Assembly (NCBI GenBank): GCA_951406725.2
Contig: OX597824.1
Span: 90,086,001 to 90,150,000 of the forward strand
DNA length: 64,000 nt
From: Octopus vulgaris
Taxonomy: Eukaryota
Direction: 5' to 3'
Shown here: positions 14,855 to 28,512 of the stretch, in pieces
Layout of the letters: every line of letters begins with the position of its first letter
How positions within the stretch are numbered: the first letter of the stretch is position 1
Notes under the pieces: generated by a model
The model's input: only the letters and a program-made list of their open reading frames with translations
Told to the model about the DNA's origin: nothing
Database searches by the model: none
Position numbers and translations under genes: made by a program

Positions 14855-14870
14855 CTGTCTACCTGTCCAT
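14455..14870. repeat. (TCTA/TCTG/TC)n microsatellite block
   Basis: Direct reading. Confidence 0.9.
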
Positions 14871-15079
14871 CCATAAATCTCTATAAGTCTATATTTTGTT
14901 TTTTCAATATCATTTAATTCAATTTTTCTTCCTCTTCTTCTGGCAATGCGGGCTGCTATGATTGTTGTACTGATGCTGCATCTTTCAAAACTGAGCTTAA
15001 AAACTGCAATGAATTGTGGGATGTTTATTGAAAATGCAACGGATTGCAGTTGGGAGAGGTTTCATAAAATTTCACTGAG

Positions 15080-15490
15080 ACTGTGTGTGTATATGTCTTT
15101 GTGTGTGTGTTTGTGTGTGTGTGTATGTCTTTGTGTGTGTGTTTGTGTGTGTGTGTATGTCTTTGTGTGTGTGTTTGTGTGTGTGTGTATGTCTTTGTGT
15201 GTGTGTTTGTGTGTGTGTGTATGTCTTTGTGTGTGTGTGTATGTCTTTGTGTGTGTGTTTGTGTGTGTGTGTGTATGTCTTTGTGTGTGTGTTTGTGTGT
15301 ATGTCTTTGTGTGTGTGTCTGTGTGTGTGTGTATGTCTTTGTGTGTGTGTTTGTGTGTGTGTGTATGTCTTTGTGTGTGTGTTTGTGTGTGTGTGTATGT
15401 CTTTGTGTGTGTGTTTGTGTGTGTGTGTATGTCTTTGTGTGTGTGTATGTGTGTGTGTGTATGTCTTTGTGTGTGTGTTTGTGTGTTTGC
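15080..15490. repeat. TG-based minisatellite (GTATGTCTTTGTGTGTGTGTTTGTGTGTGT)n
   Basis: Direct reading. Confidence 0.9.
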
Positions 15491-15969
15491 ATGTCATCAT
15501 CATCATCATTTAACGTTCCTTCTCCATACTGGCATAGGTTGGAATGTTTGATAGGAGCTGGCAAGGGTGGAGAGCTCGACCAAGCTCCAAGTGTCCATTC
15601 TGGCATGGTTTCTATGGATGGATGCCCTTCCTAATGCCAACCACTTTACAGAGTGGACCGGGTATCTTTTTTTTTATATGTGGCACCAACATAGGAGCTT
15701 TTTACATGGCTCCAACATGGGTGGTTTTTCTGTGGCACCATCATGGGAGCTCTTCATTTGGTGCCAGCACAACTGCTTTTTACATAGCCCCAGCATGGGT
15801 GCTTTTTTTTTATGCGACCTCAGTACAGGTCCTATACATTTGATTATTTATAAACTCCACACCGTTGGTTCTCCAATAAATACATCGATAATTTCACAAT
15901 TTCCTGAATCTCTATAAGTCTATATTTTGTTTTTAATATCATTCAATTCCATTTTTCTTCCATTTTTAG

Positions 15970-16080
15970 AGCAACTAGAGATGTTCTTGAAAGGACAGGA
16001 ACAGGCGATTAATGAAGACAGCGAAACTGCTGAGGATGCAAACGCTGTTTGTGTGGTGGATGGAGAAGAAGGACCAATTG
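15970..16080 (+). CDS. PLCB4: PLC-beta4 exon, acidic X-Y linker QLEMFLKGQEQAINEDSETAEDANAVCVVDGEEGPI
   Basis: TAG/GTGAG, 111 nt; continues EVEK-K-QLE as in PLCB4. Confidence 0.92.
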
Positions 16081-16244
16081 GTGAGTACCAGAACCACTTG
16101 TTTTTTAGGGGACATGCCAAGTCCAACCTTTTCATTTCTGATGTGATTGCCACAAATATATAGGGGCATTCAGTGGTGAGAAATGTTTCATATTTGTTAG
16201 AAAGTAATTTACTTACTGGAAGAAGAATGAAACAAAACAGTGTA

Positions 16245-16279
<35 letters not shown>

Positions 16280-17111
16280 TAATGTCTTGGTATAAAAGAT
16301 GGCCTACAGCAAATATTCTGCCCAATACCACAGATTTGCTTGTCAGTTGTTTGACCTTAACCAGTTCAGCATGTCTCTTACTGGCTGACGATATGTGCAT
16401 CTCTGACCACGAGCAGAAGTAGTGGGAAAACATCATAGCCATGTGTTGAGAGGGGTTCTTTGGAGTTTGAATAATTCACCTCTGGAAACATGGGTGTTTC
16501 ATTCAACATCCTTAAACAACCCTTATTCAGGGACCTTTTGAGTGGGATGGGTTACTCGACCTGAAGAAAATTCTAACTGGGCCCCACCTGCAAGGTCATG
16601 CACTGTTTAACTTGATATGAGATCATCATATTGTGCACATATGGTTGTGATGCATGTGCCTGGTGTACCCTTATCAGACGGGTAGTCATGATGGGTATAC
16701 TGGATTTCGTATATTTTACCCCAGTGTCACTTTGATGGCATGCACTGCTCCCTCACTCAATAATAATAATAATAATAATAACAACAATAATAATAATCCT
16801 TTCTGCTATTGGCACAAGGCCTGAAATTTTGAGGGATGGTGATAGTTGATTTCATTGATCTCAGTACTTGACTGGAATTTATATCATCAACCCCAAAAAC
16901 ATGAAAGGCAAAGTTAACCTCCATGGAATTTGAACTAATAACATTAAGACAAAATGCTATTCAGCATTTTCTCAACACCATTCTTTCAAAGATTTCCTGA
17001 ATATGGGGTTCTAACCCCAAAATATAAAAATGTAATCTAAAAGTACAAACCATCAATTTGTATTTTGTCTTATAACTTGCACTGTATTGGCTTAAAAAAA
17101 AAACTGTAAAC

Positions 17112-17149
<38 letters not shown>

Positions 17150-17407
17150 GTTTATCAATTTGTGTTGCAAGATTCCTGATGTGAAACCGTGTGTTAAAAC
17201 AGATATTGTTGTATTTCAGGATGGTCACTTTTTTTTCTGTTTACCAAATAAACACATGCACTATATATTAGTTCTTCGCTCATTTATTACTGTTCTTATT
17301 CTAGCTCATGTCCATTGTCCAGAAATCTTTTGTCACCCATCTGTGACCTCTTCAGCGACACTTTTCGTTTTCGCATGTCTTCTTGCTCCACTTACTCCAT
17401 TCTGCTC

Positions 17408-17460
<53 letters not shown>

Positions 17461-18127
17461 CATATAGAAATACAATAAGAGGCTTCCAAATAGGAAAGCG
17501 TTGTGCTAGAAAGAGCAGTAGAAATCTCAAAAACCACAAAAAAGGATAAATTCACGAAAGGAATGAAAATTAAAAACGTTTACCATCTCAACTATTTCCT
17601 TATTTTTTTTATGCTAGGCCACAGGTAATAATAATTTATTATTACCCTATTTTATTATGTTTATATACATATATATATCTATATATACATATATATATAT
17701 AAGTTCAGCAAAATTTAGATTCAAATGAATCTTAAACTTCAACATGAATAACTTTAGACATTTATTTTACCCCTTCCTATATCTATAAATAGAAAAATTC
17801 TTTCTCTCCATCCAACCGAAAATCCCTCCATCCCCACTAACAGATCTAAATAATTAAAGGAAAAATCTATAGTCAGAAGGTAAATTTTAATACTATCATA
17901 TTCTTAACAATCAAATCAACCTGTCTGTCTGTATATCTACCCTCTTTATAATGTTGGCAAACGAAATGAAAATAAGAATATGTATTGTCCATTTGATGGA
18001 AAACTTCTATAAATGGCTGAAGATTGCTCAACATTTTAAAACTGATGTAATACTTACAATGTTTAATAAAATGAAGTAGCATGAAACAATCGTACCAAAT
18101 TACCAAAGATATACTTGTTGCTTATTT

Positions 18128-18181
<54 letters not shown>

Positions 18182-18258
18182 CAAAATGTGACCGCATGTA
18201 TACTGTTGGCGATTTTTTTTCCTCCGTCTTCCCTTCTTTGGATCTTTCCTTTTCCTAT

Positions 18259-18293
18259 GTTTCTGACGAAGAGCTCCGCTCGAAACGTTAAAC
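18259..18293 (+). ncRNA. Minimal type I hammerhead ribozyme motif
   Basis: gttt-CTGACGA-a-gagc tcc gctc-GAAACGTT-aaac: stem I gttt/aaac, stem II gagc/gctc, palindromic ACGT helix III. Confidence 0.6.
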
Positions 18294-18391
18294 CCTCCTT
18301 CTTTCCTTCTTTCCTGAGTGTCCAATAATACTATATTTGTTCCACGTCCTCACGTTGCTGTGTTTTCTCTTTGTCGTTTTCATATTTGGAT

Positions 18392-18552
<161 letters not shown>

Positions 18553-18650
18553 CATAATGCATTTTTAAATTGTATCTGTTCTTTGATTTCCATTTTCTTT
18601 GACTTAATGACACTTTTTTTTTATTCCTTGTTTATTTGTTCTTCCTGCAG

Positions 18651-18772
18651 AAAACCCGGGTGGCCAAACTGAAACCGATGCCCATCCTGAATATATCTTT
18701 TCAAAATCTAGTTCAACAGAGACTGTTGATGATTCAGAGAAGAAGAAAGGTTTGAGTTCATCGGGGAAAAAA
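18651..18772 (+). CDS. PLCB4: PLC-beta4 X-Y linker exon [40 protein letters not shown]
   Basis: CTGCAG acceptor; AHPE motif as in PLCB4; GTAATT donor at 18773 gives phase 0, matching exon 42376. Confidence 0.88.
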
Positions 18773-19672
18773 GTAATTACACACTTCAATTTATACCTCC
18801 AATTAACTAATTAATACTTTCTTAATCAAACCAACTAATATTAAATAATTAAAACACACATTTTACTTCAGTTTAGCATCATTCTTTATACAGGGATGAG
18901 GCAAAGAAGGTATACAGTTGCTTAACATAAGTTGCCAGAAATCCAAAAAGAGGGTTTCCAATAAACTAGGTACCTCATGCAGATCCCTTAGTTATGAATT
19001 ACTTAGGTTTAAAAAAGAACACTCCACTCATATTAAGCAACTGTGGACCTGCTTTTGTCTGTCCCTGTATCGTATTTTTTCCCCTCCTCATTCAGTCTTC
19101 TTTCAATACCAACAATATCAAAGCTATGATTATTATTGTATATTTCCTGTGTATAATATTAGTTTTTATTTCCAGTATGTTCTTTGAAAAGATTTTATAT
19201 TCTTCTTGTTTTATTTTCAAATTTTCAAACAATGAAAATATTTTTCAGTGTTTAGCGTGGAAGTAAGTCGTGGCTGTGTTGGCTAAGTTGAGAGGGTTTT
19301 CAATACCTTTTACGGAGATCCGTGGTTCTCACACTCATTAAACTACATCACTAACAAATATATAAATAAATAAAAATCTCCTTCTCTCTCCTTCCCTCTC
19401 TCCCTCTCTCTCTTTCTCTGGTGCTCTCCATCCATTTTGTAACCCTTTCTCAGTTGTTGGAGTCAACTTTAGAGACTAAATCTTTATATTGTGTGTGAAG
19501 AGCACCAATTGTCCCACCAAAGACAAGAGCCTGAATGTCAGAGACCATCCTTCTCCAAGAGCTATTTTCTCTGGCCAGATATTGCTGGCATGAGAAGAAG
19601 TTTAAATGAAATAGTTCAAATGAGAACTGAATTCTTGTCCAGTTCTATATTTAAGAGATGAGGAATTATGTA

Positions 19673-20139
19673 CATTATTTACATTTAACGAAAATTTGTC
19701 CTCATCTTGTTTGTTGTTAACACAACGTTTCAGCTGATATACCCTCCAGCCTTCATCGGGTGTCTTCAGGAAATTTCAAACCTGGGATCTCATTCCTAAG
19801 GTATTTTTCAATATTATTATTATTATTATAATTATTATTATTCAGGTCACTGCCTGGAATCAAACTCAGAATCTTGGGGTTAGTAGCCCATGCTCTTAAC
19901 CGCTATGGCCATATGGCGTAGTGGTTAAGAGCATAGGCTACTAACCCAAGATTCCGAGTTTGATTCCAGGCAGTGACTTGAATAATAATACTAATAACAT
20001 TGAAAAATACCTTGGGTATGAGAACCCAGGTTCGAAATTTCCCCAAAACACCTGATGAAGGCTGGAGGGTATATCAGCAGAAATGTTGTGTTTAACAACA
20101 AACAAGATGAGGACAAATATCCGTCAAATGTAAATAATG
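19673..20139. repeat. ~470-bp near-perfect palindrome: head-to-head tRNA-like heads plus hammerhead-containing arms
   Basis: Centre GCCATATGGC at 19908-19917; arms are reverse complements. Confidence 0.85.
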
Positions 20140-20689
20140 AATTCTTGTCCTAATTAAACCAAAATGTACCTTAGTTTCAGCTCACCTAACCTCACCCATA
20201 ATTTCCATGTAACACACAGGACAACTGATAACTTATTGTTTTGATCATTAACTTTTATAGAAAGGACCTTCAGCAAGATCAAAGATCATGATTGATTTAA
20301 GCCTTTCATTATCAAATTTCTATCGAAATACACTACTTCTGTTCCAATCAGTTTTGAAAATAATGAAGTATTTAAGCAAATTAACCATCGTTATTAAATT
20401 GGTGTTTGGAACTAAATTAACTTTGAATTTTGATGGAAGGTTGTGATTTAGTTTGTTTTAAAAATGGCAGTTTGTGGTTTACCATGGAGATATAATTCTC
20501 CTTTTAGGCAAATACTGAGTTCATTGTCTTTGGACAAATGGCAGACCATAATGAAAATGGCCTTTTCACAGGTTAAATCTGCCCAAAATATATTTGAATT
20601 AATTGAATTTCTTTATTTCAAATCACTGCTTCATGTACCATCCACGTATTTTGTTCCAGCCTGATGGACATAACACGCAGGCAGCATAT

Positions 20690-21002
20690 TTCGTTGCCCT
20701 TTTCAAGCCTAGCGAGGCTCATGGGCCTGGTTTCCCCGGTTTCTATGGCATATGTGTTCCTCCCAGCTGGACAGGATGTCAGTTCATCACAGTGTTACTC
20801 AAGAAACAGGAAGAGAGAGAGTGAGAGAAAGTTGTGGCGAAACAGTACAACAGGGGTTACCACCACTCTCTCCCGGAGCCTGATTGTGCTTTTTTAGGTG
20901 TTTTTGCTCAATAAACACACACAACGCCTGCTCTGGGAATCGAAACTGCAGTCCTCCAACCGCGAGTCCACTGCCCTAACCACTGGGCCATTGCACCTCC
21001 AC
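20690..21002 (-). mobile_element. tRNA-derived SINE, family E (head shared with 36698-37060 on +)
   Basis: GAGGTGCAATGGC.CAGTGGTTAGGGCAG head, then TGTTTATTGAGCAAAAACACCTAAA. Confidence 0.7.
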
Positions 21003-21561
21003 AGGCTGCATATATTTTCTATTAATTTATTATGAGGAAGCCAAGACTCCCTGTCATTTCAGAGTTGTCCCACTTGGTACATGATGAGAGTATAAAAAGC
21101 TCGAAATACCTATTTCAGTTCACAAGGGCTGCTCTAAAGAGAATTTAGTGTTTTAAATCTTTTGCTTAAATTGTGAATTTTTCTCCATGGCAAACCTCAG
21201 TGAAAACGGCCTTTTTACAGGTCAAATATGCTCCAAACATATCTGATAATCTAGAGTTTGATTTCATCTTTAAAATGAAGTTCAATAGTCTGGGAAATTT
21301 TCTTATTAATCTTATTGATTGATCTCTTTTTAATTAGCAAATCCATCACCACAATTATCTCATGACAACTGACCTCCCACTACAACCAGATATCATCACC
21401 TTAACCATTAAGCCTGGCTGCTTCCCAATAACTTGCCTTGCCATCTCATCTCTTGCTGCAATGGACGGCTATCTCCTCCCTTCTGCCGCTGTGATGGCTG
21501 ATATCCCTTTACTTCTTCATGGCCTCTTCACAGCTCTCTTGCTCTTTTTTTGTCATTCCAG

Positions 21562-21627
21562 GATGCAAGTATTGGATCCCTGAACCAAAATTCTCCTGAG
21601 GTTTGCTCCTCAATAAGTTCTCCTGAG
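21562..21627 (+). CDS. Candidate cassette exon in X-Y linker [13 protein letters not shown](VCSSISSPE)
   Basis: TTTTTTTGTCATTCCAG acceptor; in-frame donors GAG|GTTTGC (21600) and GAG|GTACGT (21627); phase 0-0, no stops. No transcript evidence. Confidence 0.45.
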
Positions 21628-21800
21628 GTACGTTTACCTTAACCCCAGCCCCTCACTGCCTTGCCTGATTTGCAGAATTGTATATATATATATATACACA
21701 AATATATATATATATTGTTTGCTGCCACATTTCTGTAGAAAAATACAAAAGCAAAAAAGAATCTGCATGTGTTTGCCCAAACTTAGTAGCTTGTATTGTT

Positions 21801-22029
<229 letters not shown>

Positions 22030-23518
22030 TTATGTATATATACATGCATATATATGTATGTACATGTGTAGAGGTATGTACACGTATATATAGGTGTATA
22101 GATGTATGTCTGTGAATATTCATATCTATGTATGTAATATGTGTGCATTTATCTGTATTTGTGTGCATGCATATAAATATGTATGCTTGCATGTGTACAT
22201 GGATTTCCATGTCGAACTGGGTTTAATTTTGTTGATTGATCAAGTCTTTCACCTAATGGATTGCTGCGGCTTTTTTGTTTTCTAATGCTCGATCTTTGGA
22301 CCGTAAACTGCACTGAAATACATAAACACACACATACAACCATATATATATTTATTAGATATACATAAATATACATGAATCATAAAGACAAACAAATGGG
22401 CTGCCTGGTATGACTACAATTGTTTCATTCTCTTTATAGTAATGTAAATATGCTACAGTGAGGTATGTAGTGTGCACAACATTCTATAAGATTATGTAAC
22501 ACATTATCTGACTCCCAACTCATCAGGTTTACCAAATATATTTTCTCTCTTTCTTTTCTTTTCCTCTCCACTGAAATTATACAGATACTTGTGCCATTAT
22601 CCTCAGTTTTCTTTAAGCTATTTTCCCTGAATAATAAATAGCTGGATCTCCTTTAATTAAAGGTTAATATTCTATTAGTTCTGCAATAATTAATCAGAAC
22701 ACTTTAATCAAGTAGAATTAAGTAAATGAATAAGTACTACAGAAATTTATTAACCATATCAATCTTTAATATACTAAACAATATAACAGAGTAAATGGAT
22801 TTTTTGTTTGTTTAAAGAAGAATGTTGGCAACATTTTGATAGGGTCAAATGTCATACTTGTCACCTGCTATCTGCTGGTATACAAGACTGTTTCGCCAGT
22901 ACCAATCTTTATAAGTGAGGTCACTAATGTTAATAACATCTTTAGAATAGATATTATGGTTTAATTATTCTTTAATTTGCAATCTCATTCTACTATCCAC
23001 CCTAATGATTGATTGATTATAGCCCCGCCCACTTTAGCATTTCTTAAATGTTGGTAATTCTGATTCGAAATTTCACTTGTTGATGAACTGTTGATTCATC
23101 AGCATGTCACTGCTCATTCATATGTTTGGTAAACCTGAAGAGTTGAGAGTTGCATAATATATTACATAATCTTATGGAATGTTGTACAGGCTACACACCT
23201 GACTGTAGCATTTTTAAGCCATTATAAAGAGGATGAAACAATTGTAGCCATACCAGACAACCCATTTGCCTGTTTTTATTATGTTTTTGCACTACACTTA
23301 AGATTCCATTCCTCTTTGAATACTTTAGGATACTATTGAAGTGACAAATTACCAAACAACGGTGAACTTCTCTTCATCAATGCATTCCACCCAATGATAA
23401 TAGATTACTTAACTATATCCCATTTTACATCTTGCAGTCTAACCTATAATTGGGGTGCACTTCACTGTGATGTGCCTTGATTCTATATGAATCCCCTTTA
23501 ACCAAATATATATATAAC

Positions 23519-23729
23519 AGAATACAAAAAATGGGACAAGAATGCAACAGGTGAAAACAAAACATCCAGACAGTTGGATTATACAAAAAAGAACAAGAAA
23601 AAGCAAGGATGGGTCAATTGGAGTCCGAATGACCCGTCCTTATTTTTTTCTTGTCCCTTTTTTGTATCATCCAACTGTCTGGATGTTTTGTTGTCGCCTG
23701 TTGCGCTCTTGTTCCATTTTTTGTATTCT
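23519..23729. repeat. ~210-bp imperfect palindrome
   Basis: CATCCAGACAGTTGGA / TCCAACTGTCTGGATG and flanks; centre ~23621. Confidence 0.85.
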
Positions 23730-26700
23730 TTTTTATATACATATAGCAGTGTACATACACTTTAGTCTCTTATATATGTATGTGTGTATATATACATATA
23801 TATATATATATGTGCGTACATATACACATATATATACATATACACATATATATACACATACATATACACATACATTATATGTATATTCTATATATGTATA
23901 TTATATATATATGTATATGTATATATATCATATATTGCACACACACACAAAATAACCATTTCCACTGAAATTTCATTTTCAAAGACAAATCAGAGATTTT
24001 TTGCATCATTCATGATTAAATGCATTCAACTTCCTGAATTAAATTGTAATGCTGGGCTGTTTTTCGTTGCTGCTTTGAAGTACTTATTCTTCCCATTATG
24101 CATCTATATATATATAGTTTTTTTATTTGCTTGTTTGTTAATACCAAGAAACAAACATTGTCCATTACAAATGATTTATATTGCTGTTGTTCTTGTTGAT
24201 GCCGTTGCTTGAGAAACCAGTTTTTGATGTTTTGTTTTATCTTCAAAAAAAGAAAAAAGGAAAAAGTGGGAATCAACCAATTTCTTGATTCAGTGGTAGA
24301 TTTCGTAGAGTGGAAAGGAAAAATGCTTTGTTATTTTGGTTTTTACCCGATTACCTCTCTTTGACATTTTGTATCCAAATCCTGCCAGAAAGAATTTTGC
24401 CTCCCATCTTCCCCCAAGATCAATAAAATAAAGACCAGTTGAGAACAAAAGACCAATTTTATATTAAACTTAGATAAACTTAGATATGTTTCAACCAATG
24501 ATTGATCCAGGCCATGTCTAACTTAATAGCACCACCTGTTAGGATTATTTGAATCCTGTTTAAGTCAAGTTTTGTTTATGGTCCATTCAAGTAGTGAGTT
24601 TTTGTTGGGTGAGTTGTATCCAGTTTTGTTCAAGTAGTGAGTTTTTGTTGGGTGAGTTGTATCCAATTATGGGTGGCTTATCTGGTATTCCTTGAAGGAA
24701 TCTATCCAGACTCCGTTTAAAGTTGATGGGATCCTTTTCCTCTTTGATCTCTTTCGGGACAATGTTAAATAGGGCAGGGCCTGTTGAGGAAAAGAAATTA
24801 TGTTGCAGTGTACATGTATGCTGTGATCTTGAATTGGGAAGGGGACGTATGGCCTGTGTGACTGTAATTTACCCACATAGCTTGTGGCCTTCTGATTTGA
24901 TTTAGGAATTACCGTTTTTAAAATACTAATAGCTCTGCACATAGGTGTGTTGTTTCTAGAATACGTAGGCGTGAGAGAGAATCACAAGCCGTCAACAAAT
25001 CTAATTAATGTCACAAGGTATGGTTTTTTTATACTTGATGTTAGTGGAGAAAGAAAATATGTCTTTCTAGGGTTGCATGTAGAAGTAATTAACAACAGTC
25101 ACAAACATTTAATGGCAAAATAACAGCAACAGTTACTCAGCTGCAAAGATAAACTACTTGGGTCTATGAGTATTTAACTGGTTTGTATCAATCTGGCCCA
25201 TCCCAACTGAGAAAATAATCACGCTATATTCACAACAAAACATGTGTTTTCTAAACTATTGTAAGTATGAAAATGTCAGGTGGCTACCCCAGCATTTATA
25301 GGATTCAATGAGGAAGTTCTAGAAAGTCGAATCATGTGTGATGGCTTGATATTGATCAGTTGGTTAAATTGGCTGATCATGTGACACAACTGTGTCTTAA
25401 CCGTGATGTTTACACAGCTGTCTTGTGATTTAGTTTTGAATCTACCACACCTTTCCGGAAATAATCCATGCTGGTTAACCTGATCATTTCAAAACAGTTT
25501 GAGTTTCAACTGCTTTCCTCGAAGGAAAGGCAGTGTTCATCATGTTTTTAAGACCATCCATTGGCAAATCGGTACCACAAGTCCAGCTTAAATGTCTGCT
25601 GGTAGGTACAGAAGCAAATTCTGGTTTATTCAGTCTCTTTGATTGACAGTAGATCCCATCGTGACTCACAGTGATTGACTTGTGTATATGTGCTAGAGTG
25701 ATGGAGAAGATGCCTTCCAGTACTTGTTCCGATTCTCTCCATTCTGAGTTCAAATCTTACGCCTGAGTGGTTAAGGGTCAGAGCCCTAAGATAGCTTAAG
25801 CATCATTACTGCTACAGCCATTGTGAGTTGCTACTTGACAAGGGACATAACTCTGCTTGCCTTAGATTGCATCTTAAACAGCAGGATACTCACCTATTTC
25901 ATATTTTAGCATTTAGTGGTAGAAGGCAGAAGCAGATACTTGTTGAACCTGTATAAATTTCAGTTACATAATATAATTTGTACCTACCCCTCTATATACA
26001 TGTATATGGTTGGTACATTTAGAGACAACTCAGTGATGAAGTATTAATATCTAAAACAGTATCCATTTCTTCACGAAATATAGTTTCAATCTACAGACTT
26101 CTGGATTATGATCCCAGCATTCTTCAACTGCCTCACTCCACTCAAAGAGTGTTTGGAAAAATATATAATGCATTAATTCTTATATTGTCTGTTCAGGGTT
26201 ACATTAATTCTATCATTTTAAGGTGGCGAGCTGGCAGAATTGTTAGCATGCTGGGCGAAATGATTATCAAGATAAACAGCACAGGACCTTGCAGGTGGGG
26301 CCCAGTTAGAATTTTCTTCTGGTCGAGTAACCCATCCCGCTCAAAAGATCCCTAAATAAGAGTTGTTTAAGGATGTTGAATGAAACACCTATGTTTCCAA
26401 AGGTGAATTATTCAAACCCCAAAGAATCCCTCTCAACACATACCTACGATGCTTCCCCACTACTTCTGCTCGTGATCAGAGATGCACATATCGTCAGCCA
26501 CCAAACAGTATGCTCAACTGGTTAAGGTCAAACAACTGACAAGCAAATCTGTGGTATTGAGCAGAATATTTGCTGTAGCCCATCTTTTATTCCAAGATAA
26601 AACAATGTACATGATAACACTTCCAATCAGTTAAGATCAGAAGCCATGTGAGCCACTGCCTGGTACTGCATCAGGGCATTATTATTATTATTATTATTAT

Positions 26701-27528
26701 TATTGTTATTACTACTACTACTACTGTATGTCAACCACTGTCAGGAGCTGCATGCAACGATGATTCCTGCTAATTAACATTACTTTAGAGCATTGCCATG
26801 TTTCTGTTTCAGTTTGTTTCTCTTTTGTCTGATGATGATGATGATGATGATGATTAACTTGGATGTTGATTAACTTGAATGTCCAAAAAGTTGCTTTTTT
26901 TAAGAAACGAAAAAATAGTTTCACCATTCCATTTCTTTTTACATTAGCAAAATACTTTGCTGAGTTCATAAAATCCTAACTCCATGCATGTATGATATTT
27001 TCAGTCGGAAGTATTTTTGCAAAACTGTCGTATGTGGGACTTACTACACTTTTGAAAAAATGCTAAACCATTGTACTACTCTTTGATAATATTCAAATCT
27101 TGGCATCTGAAGCAGCTGGAGATACGACAGTTTTACCAAAAGAACCAGTTATTGCAAGCAAAATTAAATATTGAAAAGAACACATTTGGGAAAATTTGAA
27201 CATACAACAGTTTAACATAATAGCTACGATATATATATATATATATACATACATATACAAATATTAAATATATGATTTAACTTATTAAACACAGTTCAAC
27301 TAATTCATTCATATTTATGTAAATGGAGGAGATTAGATGTTAAAATGGATTATAGTTTTTTTTTCTATTATTCATACAAGTTGTGTCGTACAGAAAGACC
27401 AAGTTATTCATAATAGAAAATCTGAGTTGACAGAAAGTACTCGTTGGTAGCTTAGATAAAACCTAAAAAGACGTTAGAATTACACAGGTATGGTGTTAGT
27501 AATCTCCTTGTAATGTGCTCTTGTTCAG

Positions 27529-27566
27529 GATGGACAACATTCCAGAAGAAGGAGCACATTACATAG
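27529..27566 (+). CDS. Candidate 38-nt linker exon DGQHSRRRSTLH(S)
   Basis: TTGTTCAG acceptor, AG|GTAACA donor, purine-rich body; in frame only if paired with 31131-31176. Confidence 0.35.
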
Positions 27567-27866
27567 GTAACACCATACCTATGTCATTCTAACATGATTT
27601 CCTGGTGATCCCTAGCCATATTCCTAACTAGCAACTTGGCATCATTAAACATCATCATCGTCGTTGTCGTCATCACCATTACCCTCATCATCATCATCAG
27701 CATCATCACTTATGGAACTTGAAGAAATGCAACATGTACTACAGCTTGTGATAAATAAATATATATATATATATGTATGTATGTTCCATGTACTCAAGCT
27801 TATATATATATACACATATATATATATATACATACATGTATGTGTGTATATATATATACCTACATG

Positions 27867-27913
<47 letters not shown>

Positions 27914-28156
27914 ATGTTAAATGTTGCATGTTTATTATTACAAGAGTGTAGATTTTATTTCCTGAAAGTTTTTAATTATTGTGTTTGTTGACTACTAAAT
28001 AATCAATTTATGATTTTAATAATTTCATATATATATAGATATATATATATGCATACATACATACATGCATATATATATATATATATACATATATTTACAT
28101 ATAACCTGATGATATTGATCATGTTTTAGCTCTTCAGTGATAATATTTTCTTCCAG

Positions 28157-28512
28157 ACATAGTAGACAGGTTCTGTTACCTGAGTAACCCAATGACCAAA
28201 TGGAGGCAGATGTTCTAAAAGCATAGCTACGAGAATAAGTTCATTTTCCAACCACATAGTCTCAGGTTCGATTCCACTGGGTGGCACCTTTGACAGGTGT
28301 TCTCTCCTAAAAGATCCAGACCAACCAAAACCTTACATAGTAGACAGGTTCTGTTACTTGAGTAACCCAATGGCCAAATGGAGGCAGATGTTCTAAACGC
28401 ATAGCTACGAGAATAAGTTCATTTTCCAGCCACAAAGTTTCAGGTTCGATTCCACTGAGTGGCACCTTTGACAGGTGTTCTCTCCTATCGATCCAGACCA
28501 AGCAAAACCTTG
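28157..28512. repeat. Tandem duplication, 178-bp period, including a SINE head
   Basis: ACATAGTAGACAGGTTCTGTTAC at 28157 and 28335. Confidence 0.9.

Noticed and set aside
18749-18756. Alternative donor AAAG|GTTTGA in the linker exon
   Set aside because: Phase 1 does not fit the phase-0 downstream exons; the 18773 donor does.
19914-19978. tRNA gene (also SINE heads at 34525 and 36698)
   Set aside because: No complete acceptor stem; fused to repeat bodies, so SINE-derived.
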